NCBI GenBank assembly: GCA_963760125.1 | Contig: CAVXBV010000001.1 | Coordinates: 19,659 to 83,658 of the forward strand | From: an uncultured Actinomycetota bacterium | Lineage (GTDB): Bacteria; Actinomycetota; Actinomycetes; Mycobacteriales; SCTD01 | DNA: 64,000 bases | Direction: 5' to 3' | Shown here: positions 40,096-51,736 of the stretch, piece by piece | Numbering within the stretch: position 1 is the first letter of the stretch | Layout of the letters: each line of letters starts with the position of its first letter | Position numbers and translations under genes: made by a program | Notes under the pieces: generated by a model | The model's database searches: none | What the model was told of the DNA's origin: nothing | Seen by the model: only the letters and a program-made list of their open reading frames with translations

Positions 40096-41049
40096 ATGTC
40101 TGAGGTCCTCGTTCTCATCGAGCACGTCGAGGGAACCCCCAAGAAGGTCAGCTTCGAGCTGCTCGCGCTCGCCAAGACGCTCGGCAGCCCGTCGGCTGTC
40201 GTGCTCGGCGCCAACGCGGCCAAGGCCGTCGACGCGCTGAAGGCGTTCGGCGCCGACAAGCTCTACATCGACGAGTCGTCCGACCACGACGACTTCCTCG
40301 CCGGCCCGAAGGCGGCGCTGCTCGCGCAGCTCGTCGGCTCCGCGAGCCCGGTCGCCGTCCTCGTCCCGGCCACGGCCGAGGGCAAGGAGGTCGCGGCGCG
40401 CCTCGCCGTCAAGACCGGTGGCGGCCTGCTCACCGACGCGGTCGGTGTCACGACCGAGCTCGTCGCGGAGCAGCCGATCTTCGGTGGCTCGGTCGTCGTG
40501 TCGTCCAAGATCGCGACCGGTACGCCGATCATCGCCGTCCGGGCGAACTCCACCGCCCCCGTCGAGGGAGCGGGTGCCGGAACCGTCGAGAACGTCACGG
40601 TCACCGCGTCCGACGCCGACAAGGCCGCTCGGGTGACCGAGCGCGTGGTCGAGGCCAAGGGCGGTCGCCCCGACCTCGGGGAGGCGAGCATCGTCGTCTC
40701 GGGTGGTCGCGGTGTCGGCTCGCCGGAGAACTTCTCCATCATCGAGGCGCTCGCGGACTCCCTCGGCGCGGCTGTCGGCGCCTCGCGCGCCGCCACCGAC
40801 GCCGGCTGGTACCCGCACCAGAACCAGGTAGGACAGACCGGCCGCACCGTGTCACCGCAGCTCTACATCGCGGCCGGCATCTCCGGAGCCATCCAGCACC
40901 GCGCCGGCATGCAGACCTCGAAGACGATCGTGGCCATCAACAAGGACCCCGAGGCGCCGATCTTCGAGCTCGCCGACTTCGGCCTCGTGGGCGACCTCAA
41001 CACGGTCGTCCCGGCGTTGACCGAGGAGATCACCAAGCGCAAGGGCTAG
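40096..41049 (+). CDS. etfA: electron transfer flavoprotein alpha subunit
   Basis: [10 protein letters not shown]...[62 protein letters not shown] is the FAD-binding signature. Confidence 0.9.
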   Translation: MSEVLVLIEHVEGTPKKVSFELLALAKTLGSPSAVVLGANAAKAVDALKAFGADKLYIDESSDHDDFLAGPKAALLAQLVGSASPVAVLVPATAEGKEVAARLAVKTGGGLLTDAVGVTTELVAEQPIFGGSVVVSSKIATGTPIIAVRANSTAPVEGAGAGTVENVTVTASDADKAARVTERVVEAKGGRPDLGEASIVVSGGRGVGSPENFSIIEALADSLGAAVGASRAATDAGWYPHQNQVGQTGRTVSPQLYIAAGISGAIQHRAGMQTSKTIVAINKDPEAPIFELADFGLVGDLNTVVPALTEEITKRKG

Positions 41050-41062
41050 ACCCCCGAACGTC

Positions 41063-41099
41063 CGAGAGGCCCGTACCGCTCGCCGGTACGGGCCTCTCG
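41063..41099. terminator. bidirectional hairpin between convergent etfA and SDR genes
   Basis: CGAGAGGCCCGTACCG-ctcgc-CGGTACGGGCCTCTCG is a 16-bp perfect stem in the 71-nt convergent intergenic gap. Confidence 0.6.
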
Positions 41100-41120
41100 C
41101 GTGTCATCGGAGGAGCGCTC

Positions 41121-42023
41121 CTAGAGGTCGTAGGTGACGCCGGTCAGCTCCTCGCTGACCTCCCACAGGCGCGCGGCATCCTCGAGGCTCTTGGCCAGCC
41201 GCGTCGTCGTCGCCTTCTTCGGGTGGCCGCGCAGGTCGAGCAGGTGGGGGCCGTAGTAGTCGCCGCCCTGCACGTCGGGCATCGTGGCGGCGTACAGCTG
41301 CGGCCAGGCGCCCTGCTTGTCGCTCTGCGCCAGGACCCGGTTGCCGACCTTCATGAGCCCCTCGAAAAACGCCTGACCCTGGCCCTGCTGCAGGTGGGTG
41401 GACGCATACCCGGGGTGGGCCGCGGCGGCTAGCAGGGTGCCGTGCGCACGTCGATCGAGCTCCGCCGTGAAGAGCAGGTTCGCCAGCTTGGACTGGCCGT
41501 AGCGCCGCCAGCGGTGGTAGCTGCGGTCGGCCGGGAGGTCGGTGAAGTCCATGCGCCCGATCACGTGGGCGCCGCTCGCCACCGTGATGACGCGCGGTGC
41601 GCTCCCCTGGCGCAGCAGGGGGAGCAGTCGGCCGGTCAGGGCGAAGTGGCCGAAGTGGTTGGTGCCCAGCTGCAGCTCGAAGCCGTCCACTGTGCGTCCC
41701 TGCGGGACGGCCATGATGCCCGCGTTGTTGACCAGCAGGTCAAGCTGCGTCACCCGCTCGCCGACCTCCTTGACCGCCTGCTCCACGCTCGCCAGCGAGG
41801 CGAGGTCCATGGCCACGAGCTCGACGTTCGCGCCGGTCGCCTCCGCGCGGACCCGGCGGAGAGCGTCCTGCGCCTTGGTCGGGTTGCGGCACGCCATGAG
41901 GACGCGTGCTCCCGCACGGGCGAGCTCGACCGTCGTCCAGAAGCCGAGGCCGGAGTTCGCTCCCGTCACGAGAGCCGTACGGCCGGTCTGGTCGGGCAGG
42001 TCGGTGGGGGTCCAGCGCGTCAT
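41121..42023 (-). CDS. SDR family oxidoreductase (retinol-dehydrogenase/WWOX-like subgroup)
   Basis: GRTALVTGANSGLGFWT...LLVNNAGIM...YGQSKLANLLF (YxxxK). Confidence 0.8.
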   Translation of the reverse strand: MTRWTPTDLPDQTGRTALVTGANSGLGFWTTVELARAGARVLMACRNPTKAQDALRRVRAEATGANVELVAMDLASLASVEQAVKEVGERVTQLDLLVNNAGIMAVPQGRTVDGFELQLGTNHFGHFALTGRLLPLLRQGSAPRVITVASGAHVIGRMDFTDLPADRSYHRWRRYGQSKLANLLFTAELDRRAHGTLLAAAAHPGYASTHLQQGQGQAFFEGLMKVGNRVLAQSDKQGAWPQLYAATMPDVQGGDYYGPHLLDLRGHPKKATTTRLAKSLEDAARLWEVSEELTGVTYDL

Positions 42024-42061
42024 GCCGCCAGCCTGCCACGTCGCCTCCCTAGACTCCGGGC

Positions 42062-43459
42062 ATGCCTTCGTGGGATCGCAAGAACGACAAGCAGCAGGCC
42101 CAGGCGCAGGGACGTGCCCTCAAGGTCCAGGTCGTCGACGCCGTAGGACCCTTCTCGCCGTACTGGCGCGACCGGCTCAAGGCGCTCGGTACCTCTGCCG
42201 GCACCCTCACGACGGTGGAGGCCCTCGCGGCTCTCCCGGCCGTGGGTGAGCGCGACCTGTGCCCCGACGGCGACCCAGCGCGGGCGGCGGGACTCGTGCT
42301 GCAGGCCGGCGAGTCCGGCTGGGCGCTGCACACCGAGGGGCCGCGACTGCGTCGCGCGCTGAGCAGCCGGCTGGTCCGGTCCGGCTCGTACCGCGCCCTC
42401 GTCGAGGCGGACACCCGACCCACCTCCTTCGTGTACGCCGGCCTGGGGCTCCGGTTCCCGCTGGCCAGCACGCGCAGCGACCTCGACGTCGTGGCCCGCG
42501 CGGGCGCGCGGTTGTGGCAGGTCCTGGGGCTGACCCGCTCAGCCGTCCTCGTGTCCGGCCTGCCGTCGGGGCGCACCGCCTCGTCCCAGGCGCTCGAGCT
42601 CGCGGCCCTCGGCGCCGGCTCTCCGGCGCTGGCGGTCTCCGACGACGTCCACGCGTTGACGGACGCCCTCGCGCTGCTTCCCGCGACGGTGCTGGCGCTG
42701 CCGGTCCATCGGGCCGCTGACCTGCTCGACGACCTCGACGAGGCCGGCGCCGCCCTCGGCGCCGTCACGACCCTGCTGCTGGTCGGTGCACCGTCGGCGG
42801 AGGAGCGCGCCGACGTCGCTGCGGCACTCACCCGTTCCGGTCTGACGGCCAAGGCGCTGGCGGTGCACGTGCCCGACGGGCACCGGCTCATGTGGGGCGA
42901 GTGCGCGGAGGGCGGGCCTGGCCTGCACACCTACCCCGACCTCGAGCTCGTCCAGTTGGTCGATCCGGAGACGGGGGAGGCTGGCCGGTCGTCCGGCCCG
43001 CAGGAGGTCGTGCTGACCCAGCTCGGGCTGCGGGGCAGCGCCCTGCTCCGCTGGCGCACCGCCGATCTCGCCGACGAGGTCGCGACCCGCGCCTGCCCCG
43101 GGTGCGGCCGCACCGTCCCGCGCGTGGTCGGGCTGCAGCGCCGGGCGCTCGTTCCCGAGCTCGAACTGCGCGCCGGACGCCGCGCTGTCGACCTGCGCGG
43201 CGTCTCGGGGGCCCTACTGGGGCGCTCGGACGTCGTGGACTGGCGGGTCGTGGTGGTGCCGAGCGCGCGCGGCGCGCACACCGACGTGGTCGTCCACGTC
43301 GTTCCCGGCGAGGGCGAGGAACCGGCCGACGTCGCGGTCGCCGTCGCCCGGGACGTCCGTGCCGCGACGGGGTTCTTGCCGTCGCAGGTCGTGGTCGCCG
43401 AGGCCGGAGACCTGCCCGCGGGCGAGGCCCTGAGCGGTCGGTTGTTGGCGAGCGCCTAG
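42062..43459 (+). CDS. PaaK / coenzyme F390 synthetase-like adenylate-forming-fold protein with a divergent nucleotide motif
   Basis: PaaK-like N-terminus (PFSPYWRDRLKALG...VEALAALPAVGERDL) and C-terminal blocks (LHTYPDLELVQLVDPETGE...VVLTQLGLRGSALLRWRTADLADEV..ACPGCGRTVPRVVG). I cannot find the canonical SSGTTGKP loop where it is expected (TRPTSFVYAGLG). Confidence 0.6.
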   Translation: MPSWDRKNDKQQAQAQGRALKVQVVDAVGPFSPYWRDRLKALGTSAGTLTTVEALAALPAVGERDLCPDGDPARAAGLVLQAGESGWALHTEGPRLRRALSSRLVRSGSYRALVEADTRPTSFVYAGLGLRFPLASTRSDLDVVARAGARLWQVLGLTRSAVLVSGLPSGRTASSQALELAALGAGSPALAVSDDVHALTDALALLPATVLALPVHRAADLLDDLDEAGAALGAVTTLLLVGAPSAEERADVAAALTRSGLTAKALAVHVPDGHRLMWGECAEGGPGLHTYPDLELVQLVDPETGEAGRSSGPQEVVLTQLGLRGSALLRWRTADLADEVATRACPGCGRTVPRVVGLQRRALVPELELRAGRRAVDLRGVSGALLGRSDVVDWRVVVVPSARGAHTDVVVHVVPGEGEEPADVAVAVARDVRAATGFLPSQVVVAEAGDLPAGEALSGRLLASA

Positions 43460-43555
43460 GTCGCTGCGCTGGGCGGTGACGCGCCCCGTACTCGTTGCAC
43501 GCTCTCCCCCGCAGGCGGACGCACCCTCCGCGCCGGCCGCGGCTACGCTCGACCC

Positions 43556-44710
43556 GTGGCCTATCTCGACCATGCGGCCTCGACGCCCATGCTCCCCGAG
43601 GCGGTCGCGGCTGTCGCCGAGCAGATGGCGAAGGTCGGCAACGCCAGCTCCCTGCACACCTCCGGTCGACGGTCCCGTCGTACGGTCGAGGAGTCGCGCG
43701 AGGCGGTGGCCGCAGCGCTCGGGGCGCGACCGTCCGAGGTGCTGTTCACCGCCGGCGGGACCGAGAGCGACAACCTCGCCGTCAAGGGCCTGTTCTGGGC
43801 GCGCCGTGCCGCGGACCCCCGCCGCACCCGGGTGCTCGCCTCCGGCGTCGAGCACCACGCCGTGCTCGACGCCGTGCTCTGGCTGATGACCCACGAGGGC
43901 GCGGAGATCACCTGGCTCGAGGTCGACGCGCTCGGCCGCGTCGACCCGGCCCAGCTGGCCGCGGAGCTCGACGACCGCGTCGCCCTCGTGACCGTGATGT
44001 GGGCCAACAACGAGGTCGGCACCGTTCAGGACGTCGCAGCCCTGGCGGCCGTCGCTCACGACGCCGGGGTGCCCTTTCACAGCGATGCGGTGCAGGCCGT
44101 CGGCGTCCTGCCGGTGGACGTCGCGGCCAGTGGCGTCGCCGCGCTGACGCTGTCCGGTCACAAGCTCGGCGGCCCGTTGGGCGTCGGGGCGCTGGTCCTG
44201 GGCCGCGACGTGGCCTGCACACCGCTGCTGCACGGGGGAGGGCAGGAGCGCGACGTCCGGTCCGGCACCCTCGACACCCCGGCCATCGCCGGCCTCGCGG
44301 TGGCGACGACCCTGGCGGTCCAGCGGCAACGGGAGACCGCGGCCCGGCTCTCGGGGCTCCGGGACGACCTGGTCACGCGGGTGCTCGAGGCCGTGCCGGA
44401 CGCGGTGTTCAACGGCGATCCGATCCGCCGCCTGCCCGGCAACGCTCACTTCTCCTTCCCTGGCTGCGAGGGCGACTCGCTGCTGCTCCTGCTCGACGCC
44501 AAAGGGGTCGAGGTGTCGACCGGCTCCGCCTGCTCCAGCGGGGTGGCGCGGCCCTCCCACGTGCTGGTCGCCATGGGTCAGGGCGAGGAGCAGGCCCGTT
44601 CCTCCTTGCGCTTCTCCCTGGGGCACACGTCCACGGCCGAGGACGTGGCGGCGGTGCTCGAGGTGCTGCCGGCCGTGGTGGAGCGCGCCCGCCGCGTCCC
44701 CGTGCGGTGA
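43556..44710 (+). CDS. iscS: cysteine desulfurase (class V aminotransferase, IscS/NifS-like)
   Basis: [11 protein letters not shown]...[10 protein letters not shown]...HSDAVQAVG...[15 protein letters not shown] (PLP Lys) ...GSACSSG (catalytic Cys). Confidence 0.85.
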   Translation: MAYLDHAASTPMLPEAVAAVAEQMAKVGNASSLHTSGRRSRRTVEESREAVAAALGARPSEVLFTAGGTESDNLAVKGLFWARRAADPRRTRVLASGVEHHAVLDAVLWLMTHEGAEITWLEVDALGRVDPAQLAAELDDRVALVTVMWANNEVGTVQDVAALAAVAHDAGVPFHSDAVQAVGVLPVDVAASGVAALTLSGHKLGGPLGVGALVLGRDVACTPLLHGGGQERDVRSGTLDTPAIAGLAVATTLAVQRQRETAARLSGLRDDLVTRVLEAVPDAVFNGDPIRRLPGNAHFSFPGCEGDSLLLLLDAKGVEVSTGSACSSGVARPSHVLVAMGQGEEQARSSLRFSLGHTSTAEDVAAVLEVLPAVVERARRVPVR

Positions 44711-45765
44711 GGCTGCTCGCGGCGCTCTCCGGCGGCGTCGACTCCGCGGTCGCTGCTGCCCTGGCGGTCGAGGCGGGTCATGACGTGACCGCCGTCCACC
44801 TCGCCCTGTCCGAGGCGCCCGCCGAGCTGCGCACCGGATCGCGCGGCTGCTGCTCGCGTGAGGACGCGCGGGACGCCGCCCGCGTGGCCGACGTGCTGGG
44901 GATCCCCTTCTACGTCTGGGATCTCGCCGAGCGGTTCCGCGAGGACGTGATCGACGACTTCGTCGCGGAGTACGCCGCCGGCCGGACCCCCAACCCCTGC
45001 TTGCGCTGCAACGAGAAGGTGAAGTTCACCGCCGTGCTGGACCGCGCCCTCGCGCTCGGCTTCGACGCGGTGGTCACCGGTCACCACGCCCGGCTGCGCG
45101 GTGGCGTGCTCTCCCGGTCCGTGGACGATGCCAAGGACCAGAGCTACGTGCTCGGGGTGCTGACCGCGGCGCAGCTCGGCGCCACCGTGCTGCCGCTCGG
45201 GGACCTGACCAAGGACGAGGTCCGCGCCGCCGCCCGCTCCCGGGGGCTCGCGGTCGCCGACAAGGCCGATTCCCATGACATCTGCTTCATCGCCGACGGA
45301 GACACCACGGGCTTCCTGCGCGACCGCCTGGGGTCCCAGCCGGGTCCTGTCGTCGACGCCCTCACCGGCGACGTGCTCGGTCACCACGACGGCGCGTACG
45401 GCTACACCGTGGGCCAACGCCGGGGGCTCGCCCTGACCGTGCCGGCGCTCGACGGGCGACCCCGGTACGTCCTGTCGATCGAGCCGGTCAGCCGCACGGT
45501 GACCGTCGGTCCGGCGGAGGCGCTCGAGGTGTCGGTCGTGCGGACGGGTGCGCCGGTGTGGTCCTCGCCCCGGCAGCTACCGCTGGACTGCGAGGTGCAG
45601 CTGCGCGCCCACGGGATGGTCCACGGCTGCACGGTCACCGGCGACGAGGGCGGGTGGTCGCTGTCGTTGACCACGCCCGCCCGCGGTCTGGCTCCGGGGC
45701 AGGCGGCGGTGCTGTACGACGCTGACACGGTGCTCGGCTCCGCCACAGTCGTCGCCACCTCCTGA
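44707..45765 (+). CDS. mnmA: tRNA 2-thiouridine(34) synthase
   Basis: The GTG overlaps the iscS stop (GTGA). [17 protein letters not shown] (PP-loop) ...[16 protein letters not shown]...KDQSYVL...KADSHDICF. Confidence 0.9.
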   Translation: MRLLAALSGGVDSAVAAALAVEAGHDVTAVHLALSEAPAELRTGSRGCCSREDARDAARVADVLGIPFYVWDLAERFREDVIDDFVAEYAAGRTPNPCLRCNEKVKFTAVLDRALALGFDAVVTGHHARLRGGVLSRSVDDAKDQSYVLGVLTAAQLGATVLPLGDLTKDEVRAAARSRGLAVADKADSHDICFIADGDTTGFLRDRLGSQPGPVVDALTGDVLGHHDGAYGYTVGQRRGLALTVPALDGRPRYVLSIEPVSRTVTVGPAEALEVSVVRTGAPVWSSPRQLPLDCEVQLRAHGMVHGCTVTGDEGGWSLSLTTPARGLAPGQAAVLYDADTVLGSATVVATS

Positions 45766-45800
45766 TCCCGCACCCCGCCCGGCGGTCCTTGCTGGCCGCA

Positions 45801-45982
45801 CCGTCCGGGCCTGCGCGTCCGGCCTGCGCCGTCGGGACTGCGCGTTCGGCCTACGCCGTCGGGTCCACCGGTCGGCCTGCGCCGTCGGGACTGCGCGTCC
45901 GGCCGCGTCGTCGGACTGCGCGTCCGGCCTGCGTCACTGGGTCCACCGGTCGTGGGCCGCCCGGCGTCCGCGAACTGCGCGG
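45801..45982. repeat. degenerate 13-14-nt-period tandem array (left flank of the DUF559 cassette)
   Basis: About 13 consecutive units of the type CTGCGCGTCCGGC / CTGCGCCGTCGGGA / TCCACCGGTCGGC. There are also larger repeated blocks (45838-45876 vs 45916-45957; 45824-45850 vs 45877-45903). Non-coding by context. Confidence 0.7.
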
Positions 45983-46007
45983 ATGGACCGCCCGGGAGCG
46001 GTGCCGA

Positions 46008-46090
46008 GCACAACAGCAACCCCGGTCGCCCAGGAGCCACGGTGCTGAGCGTAGAGCTGCCAGGTCAGGTCACCGTGGTTGCACTTGTGC
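46008..46090 (+). repeat. ~84-nt inverted-arm element, copy B
   Basis: 5' arm GCACAACAGCAAC (46008-46020), followed by CCCGGTC. 3' arm GTTGCACTTGTGC (46078-46090), 11/13 complementary. Total length 83 nt. Confidence 0.6.
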
Positions 46091-46148
46091 TTCTGTGTGG
46101 ACGCCGGCTCCTCGACGTCATCGTCGGGGGCCAGCGAGCGAATCGAGA

Positions 46149-47123
46149 TCAGGCGGCGCAGGCCAGGCTCAGGCAGTCCCGGATCACGGCGAGTACGTAC
46201 TTCTTGCTGTCACGCACGTCCTTCCAGCTGAAGCGGACCACCCGCCAGCCCAGGCGTTGAAGGGCGTTGTCGCGGTGGCGGTCCTTCGTGCGCCGGTCCT
46301 CAGGGTCGTGCCACCGGTGGCCGTCACACTCGACGACCAGTCCGTGCTCGACGAAGCAGAAGTCCACCCGACCCACCCATCGTCCCTGGCGATCGGTCAC
46401 GACGTACTGGCTGGTCGGCCGCATCCCGTTGCGGTGCAGGAGATAGCGGAGAGCCGACTCGAGCACAGAACCGGAGTGCGCGTCGATCAGCTGCACCAGG
46501 CGACGCAGCCTGCCTCGCCCCACGCTGTCGCGGCGGTCGTTGGCTGCGCGGACGAGGTCCTCCTCGCTGATCAACCCCCGCCGCAGAGCGCTGTCCGCGG
46601 CGACGACCGCCTCCAGCATCGGGCGGCTCAGGCAGCAGTCGACCACCGTGGCCAGCGGTGGGGTCACGGGCAGGGGCTCGAGCTCCAGCACGCTGACGTC
46701 CAGACGGGTGGTCTGTTCGCTGCAGCGTACGGAGACCCCGGGTAGGCGCACCCGTGTGCGCGAGCGTGGGACGCGGCACTCGACGGCAGTCGGTTCGACA
46801 AGCAGGTCCATCGCCCAGAGCACGGCCGCGGTGCGCCGGTCAGCCACGGCCCCGGGCCCTGCGGCGAGCAAGGCGGCGCGGACCTGCGCGACGTACGGGC
46901 CGTCGGGTCTGCCGTCCCGAAGCAGGTGTCGGCCACGTGGTGGCAGCGGACGCAGCGCGTAGACACCCCGGCGCACACGGTGCACCAGCCGCTCGCGTAA
47001 CGCCCGCTCCAGCAGCCCTCTGGTCACGCCCTCGGACGCCAGGTGGGCGCGGGTGGTCACGAGCTGCCGGGAAGCAGGGCAGGCGCGGTCGAGGTCGTCG
47101 TCGAGTGAACGGGCACGAGCCAT
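46149..47123 (-). CDS. AbiEi-like wHTH N-terminal domain + DUF559 (Vsr/restriction-endonuclease-like fold) protein
   Basis: C-terminus: VDFCFVEHGLVVECDGHRWHDPEDRRTKDRHRDNALQRLGWRVVRFSWKDV, the DUF559 signature. N-terminus: QLVTTRAHLASEGVTRGLLERALRERLVHRVRRGVYAL, an AbiEi_4-type wHTH. 324 aa, ATG at 47123. Confidence 0.75.
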   Translation of the reverse strand: MARARSLDDDLDRACPASRQLVTTRAHLASEGVTRGLLERALRERLVHRVRRGVYALRPLPPRGRHLLRDGRPDGPYVAQVRAALLAAGPGAVADRRTAAVLWAMDLLVEPTAVECRVPRSRTRVRLPGVSVRCSEQTTRLDVSVLELEPLPVTPPLATVVDCCLSRPMLEAVVAADSALRRGLISEEDLVRAANDRRDSVGRGRLRRLVQLIDAHSGSVLESALRYLLHRNGMRPTSQYVVTDRQGRWVGRVDFCFVEHGLVVECDGHRWHDPEDRRTKDRHRDNALQRLGWRVVRFSWKDVRDSKKYVLAVIRDCLSLACAA

Positions 47124-47213
47124 GCGCTCCAGCCTGTCCGTCCGTCACCGCCCTTGGCGTGCTCGGCGGTGATCTGTGGATGACGACGTGCCGGTGCCCA
47201 CCAGCCCTTCGCG

Positions 47214-47297
47214 GCATAAAGGCAACGCGGGGGCGCACTCGGAGGTGGACGCGAGCCTGATTGCCCGGGCGTGCGCGGAGCGGCGTTGCTGTTGTGC
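47214..47297 (-). repeat. ~84-nt inverted-arm element, copy C (inverted relative to copy B)
   Basis: Plus-strand GTTGCTGTTGTGC (47285-47297) is the exact reverse complement of the copy A/B 5' arm. The partner arm is GCATAAAGGCAAC (47214-47226), 10/13. Read on the minus strand it begins GGCACAACAGCAACGCCGC, which matches copy A GGCACAACAGCAACGCCGG at 18/19. Confidence 0.6.
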
Positions 47298-47306
47298 CTC
47301 TCCAGT

Positions 47307-47440
47307 GGCGCAGAAACGTCGGTGGCGTAGGAACGTCGGTGGCGCAGGAACGTCGGGTGGCGCAGGAAGGTCGGTGCACGAACGTCGGGTGGCGCAGGAA
47401 GGTCGGCCAAGAAGGTCGGGTGGCGCAGGAAGGGCCCGTG
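47307..47440. repeat. 17-18-nt tandem array (right flank of the DUF559 cassette)
   Basis: The unit GGCGCAGGAACGTCGG(G)T repeats about 7 times with variants (GGCGCAGAAACGTCGGT, GGCGTAGGAACGTCGGT, GGCGCAGGAAGGTCGGT and others). It starts 10 nt beyond the outer arm of copy C. Confidence 0.7.
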
Positions 47441-47561
47441 GGGCTGGGGAGCTCCAGGTGCCCACGGGGACCCCAGTCGGCCGGGGCGCGATGGCGAGCG
47501 ACCGTCGTGGTGCACCCGCAACAGCGGCACGAGGCAGCGGACCGACTTGTAGGCTCAACGC

Positions 47562-47926
47562 ATGGCTCCCTCTGACGACGTGCAGCTCACCGACCTCGAG
47601 GTCATCGCGCAGTTCAGCCTGGCGGTACGAGGGGCAACGGCGAGCCGCGGCGACGTGATCGCTGCTCTGGAAGCCGATCTGGCCTTCCTAGCCGGTGGCG
47701 GGACCAGCAGGGGCAGGGCCAAGCCTGCGAGCAACGCCGGCCCCTCGGCCACGCAGGCCCCCGATGAGGCGACCAGCGCCCCCGGCAAGGCGACCAGCGC
47801 CCCCGGCAAGGCGACGAGCGCCCCCGGCAAGGCGACGAGCGCCCCCGGCAAGGCGGCGAGGCGAACCGTCGCGCCGGCCAAGGCGTCGGCCAAGAAGGCT
47901 GCGACGAAGGCTGCGCGCACCCGCAC

Positions 47927-47930
<4 letters not shown>
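47562..47930 (+). CDS. hypothetical protein with (ATSAPGK)x4 repeat and Lys/Ala-rich histone-H1-like tail
   Basis: 122-aa ORF: MAPSDDVQLTDLEVIAQFSLAVRG...EATSAPGKATSAPGKATSAPGKATSAPGKAARRTVAPAKASAKKAATKAARTRT. Third-position GC is high. TAGGCT (47550-47555) lies 6 nt upstream of the ATG, compatible with a leaderless mRNA. The stop overlaps the next start (GTGA). Confidence 0.55.
47769..47852 (+). repeat. four tandem 21-nt repeats inside a CDS
   Basis: GCGAC(C/G)AGCGCCCCCGGCAAG x4 (units at 47769, 47790, 47811 and 47832), in frame, encoding ATSAPGK x4. Confidence 0.9.
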
Positions 47931-50997
<3,067 letters not shown>

Positions 50998-50998
50998 G

Positions 50999-51637
50999 TC
51001 ACGCCGTCACGGTCGCCGTGATGCCGGCCAGGTGCGCCAGGCGCAGCACCTCCGACGCGCGGAACCTCGGACCGCCGGCGCGACCGACGAGGATCACCCG
51101 CGTCGGCCGACCGACTGGTGCGGCGACGAGCTCGGTGCCGAGGGCGTCCCAGCGCTCAGGGACCCACTCCTCATCGGAGTCCATGCGGCGGGCCGAGGCC
51201 AGCGGCAACCAGGGAAGGCCGACCCCCGCGAGGTCGGGTGCGCCGGGGCTGGCCGCCAGGACCTCACCGTCGTCGAGGACCAGCGCCCAGCCGGCGCGGA
51301 AGACACCCGGGGCGAGGTCCACCAGCAGCTGGACGGCGTCCGACGGGGCAGCGGCGAGCTCTTCCACCAGCTCGAGGTCGCGGTGCAGGTCGTCCGCGCC
51401 GAGGTAGGGCCGCAACGACTCCACGATGACCCCGGGGACGGACTGCGCGGACGTGATGAGCACGTCGGCCAGCCCTCCGACCGGCAGCTGGACCAGCAGG
51501 TCGTCGACCGCGCCGTCCGGCCCGCGTTCGACGACGTCGAGGCTCACGATGTCTGCGCCGACCTCACCGAGTGCCGTGGCGACGGCTCCGAGCATGCCCG
51601 GACGGTCGGGGAGCACGACGCGCAGCAGGTAGGACAT
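50999..51637 (-). CDS. ACT domain-containing protein (Rv3013-like)
   Basis: MSYLLRVVLPDRPGMLGAVATALGEVGADIVSLDVVERG is an ACT fold signature. 212 aa from ATG 51637. It sits between ligA and gatC, as I recall for mycobacteria. Confidence 0.65.
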   Translation of the reverse strand: MSYLLRVVLPDRPGMLGAVATALGEVGADIVSLDVVERGPDGAVDDLLVQLPVGGLADVLITSAQSVPGVIVESLRPYLGADDLHRDLELVEELAAAPSDAVQLLVDLAPGVFRAGWALVLDDGEVLAASPGAPDLAGVGLPWLPLASARRMDSDEEWVPERWDALGTELVAAPVGRPTRVILVGRAGGPRFRASEVLRLAHLAGITATVTA

Positions 51638-51736
51638 GGCCCCATCATGGCCGCTGTTCATGGCGCCTGTGTTTCCGCGCGGTGACGTCCACGGCCGGTT
51701 CCCTAGACTCCGGGGCGACCCCCTGGAGGCCCACGC

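Larger units (their letters stand above)
46008..47297. mobile_element. candidate inverted-repeat-bounded cassette (element B + DUF559 gene + inverted element C)
   Basis: This 1,290-bp unit has outer termini that are exact 13-nt inverted repeats (GCACAACAGCAAC / GTTGCTGTTGTGC) and a single cargo gene. No transposase or integrase is present and I saw no target-site duplication, so mobility is only a hypothesis. Confidence 0.25.

Noticed and set aside
46008-47297. Integron gene cassette / attC interpretation of the 84-nt inverted-arm elements
   Set aside because: The length and imperfect-palindrome character are superficially attC-like. However, the arms do not fit the RYYYAAC / GTTRRRY core consensus, the two copies are inverted rather than direct, and no intI is nearby.
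45801-47440. CRISPR array interpretation of the short tandem repeats
   Set aside because: The units are head-to-tail with no unique spacers, the periods are 13-18 nt, and there are no cas genes in the window.
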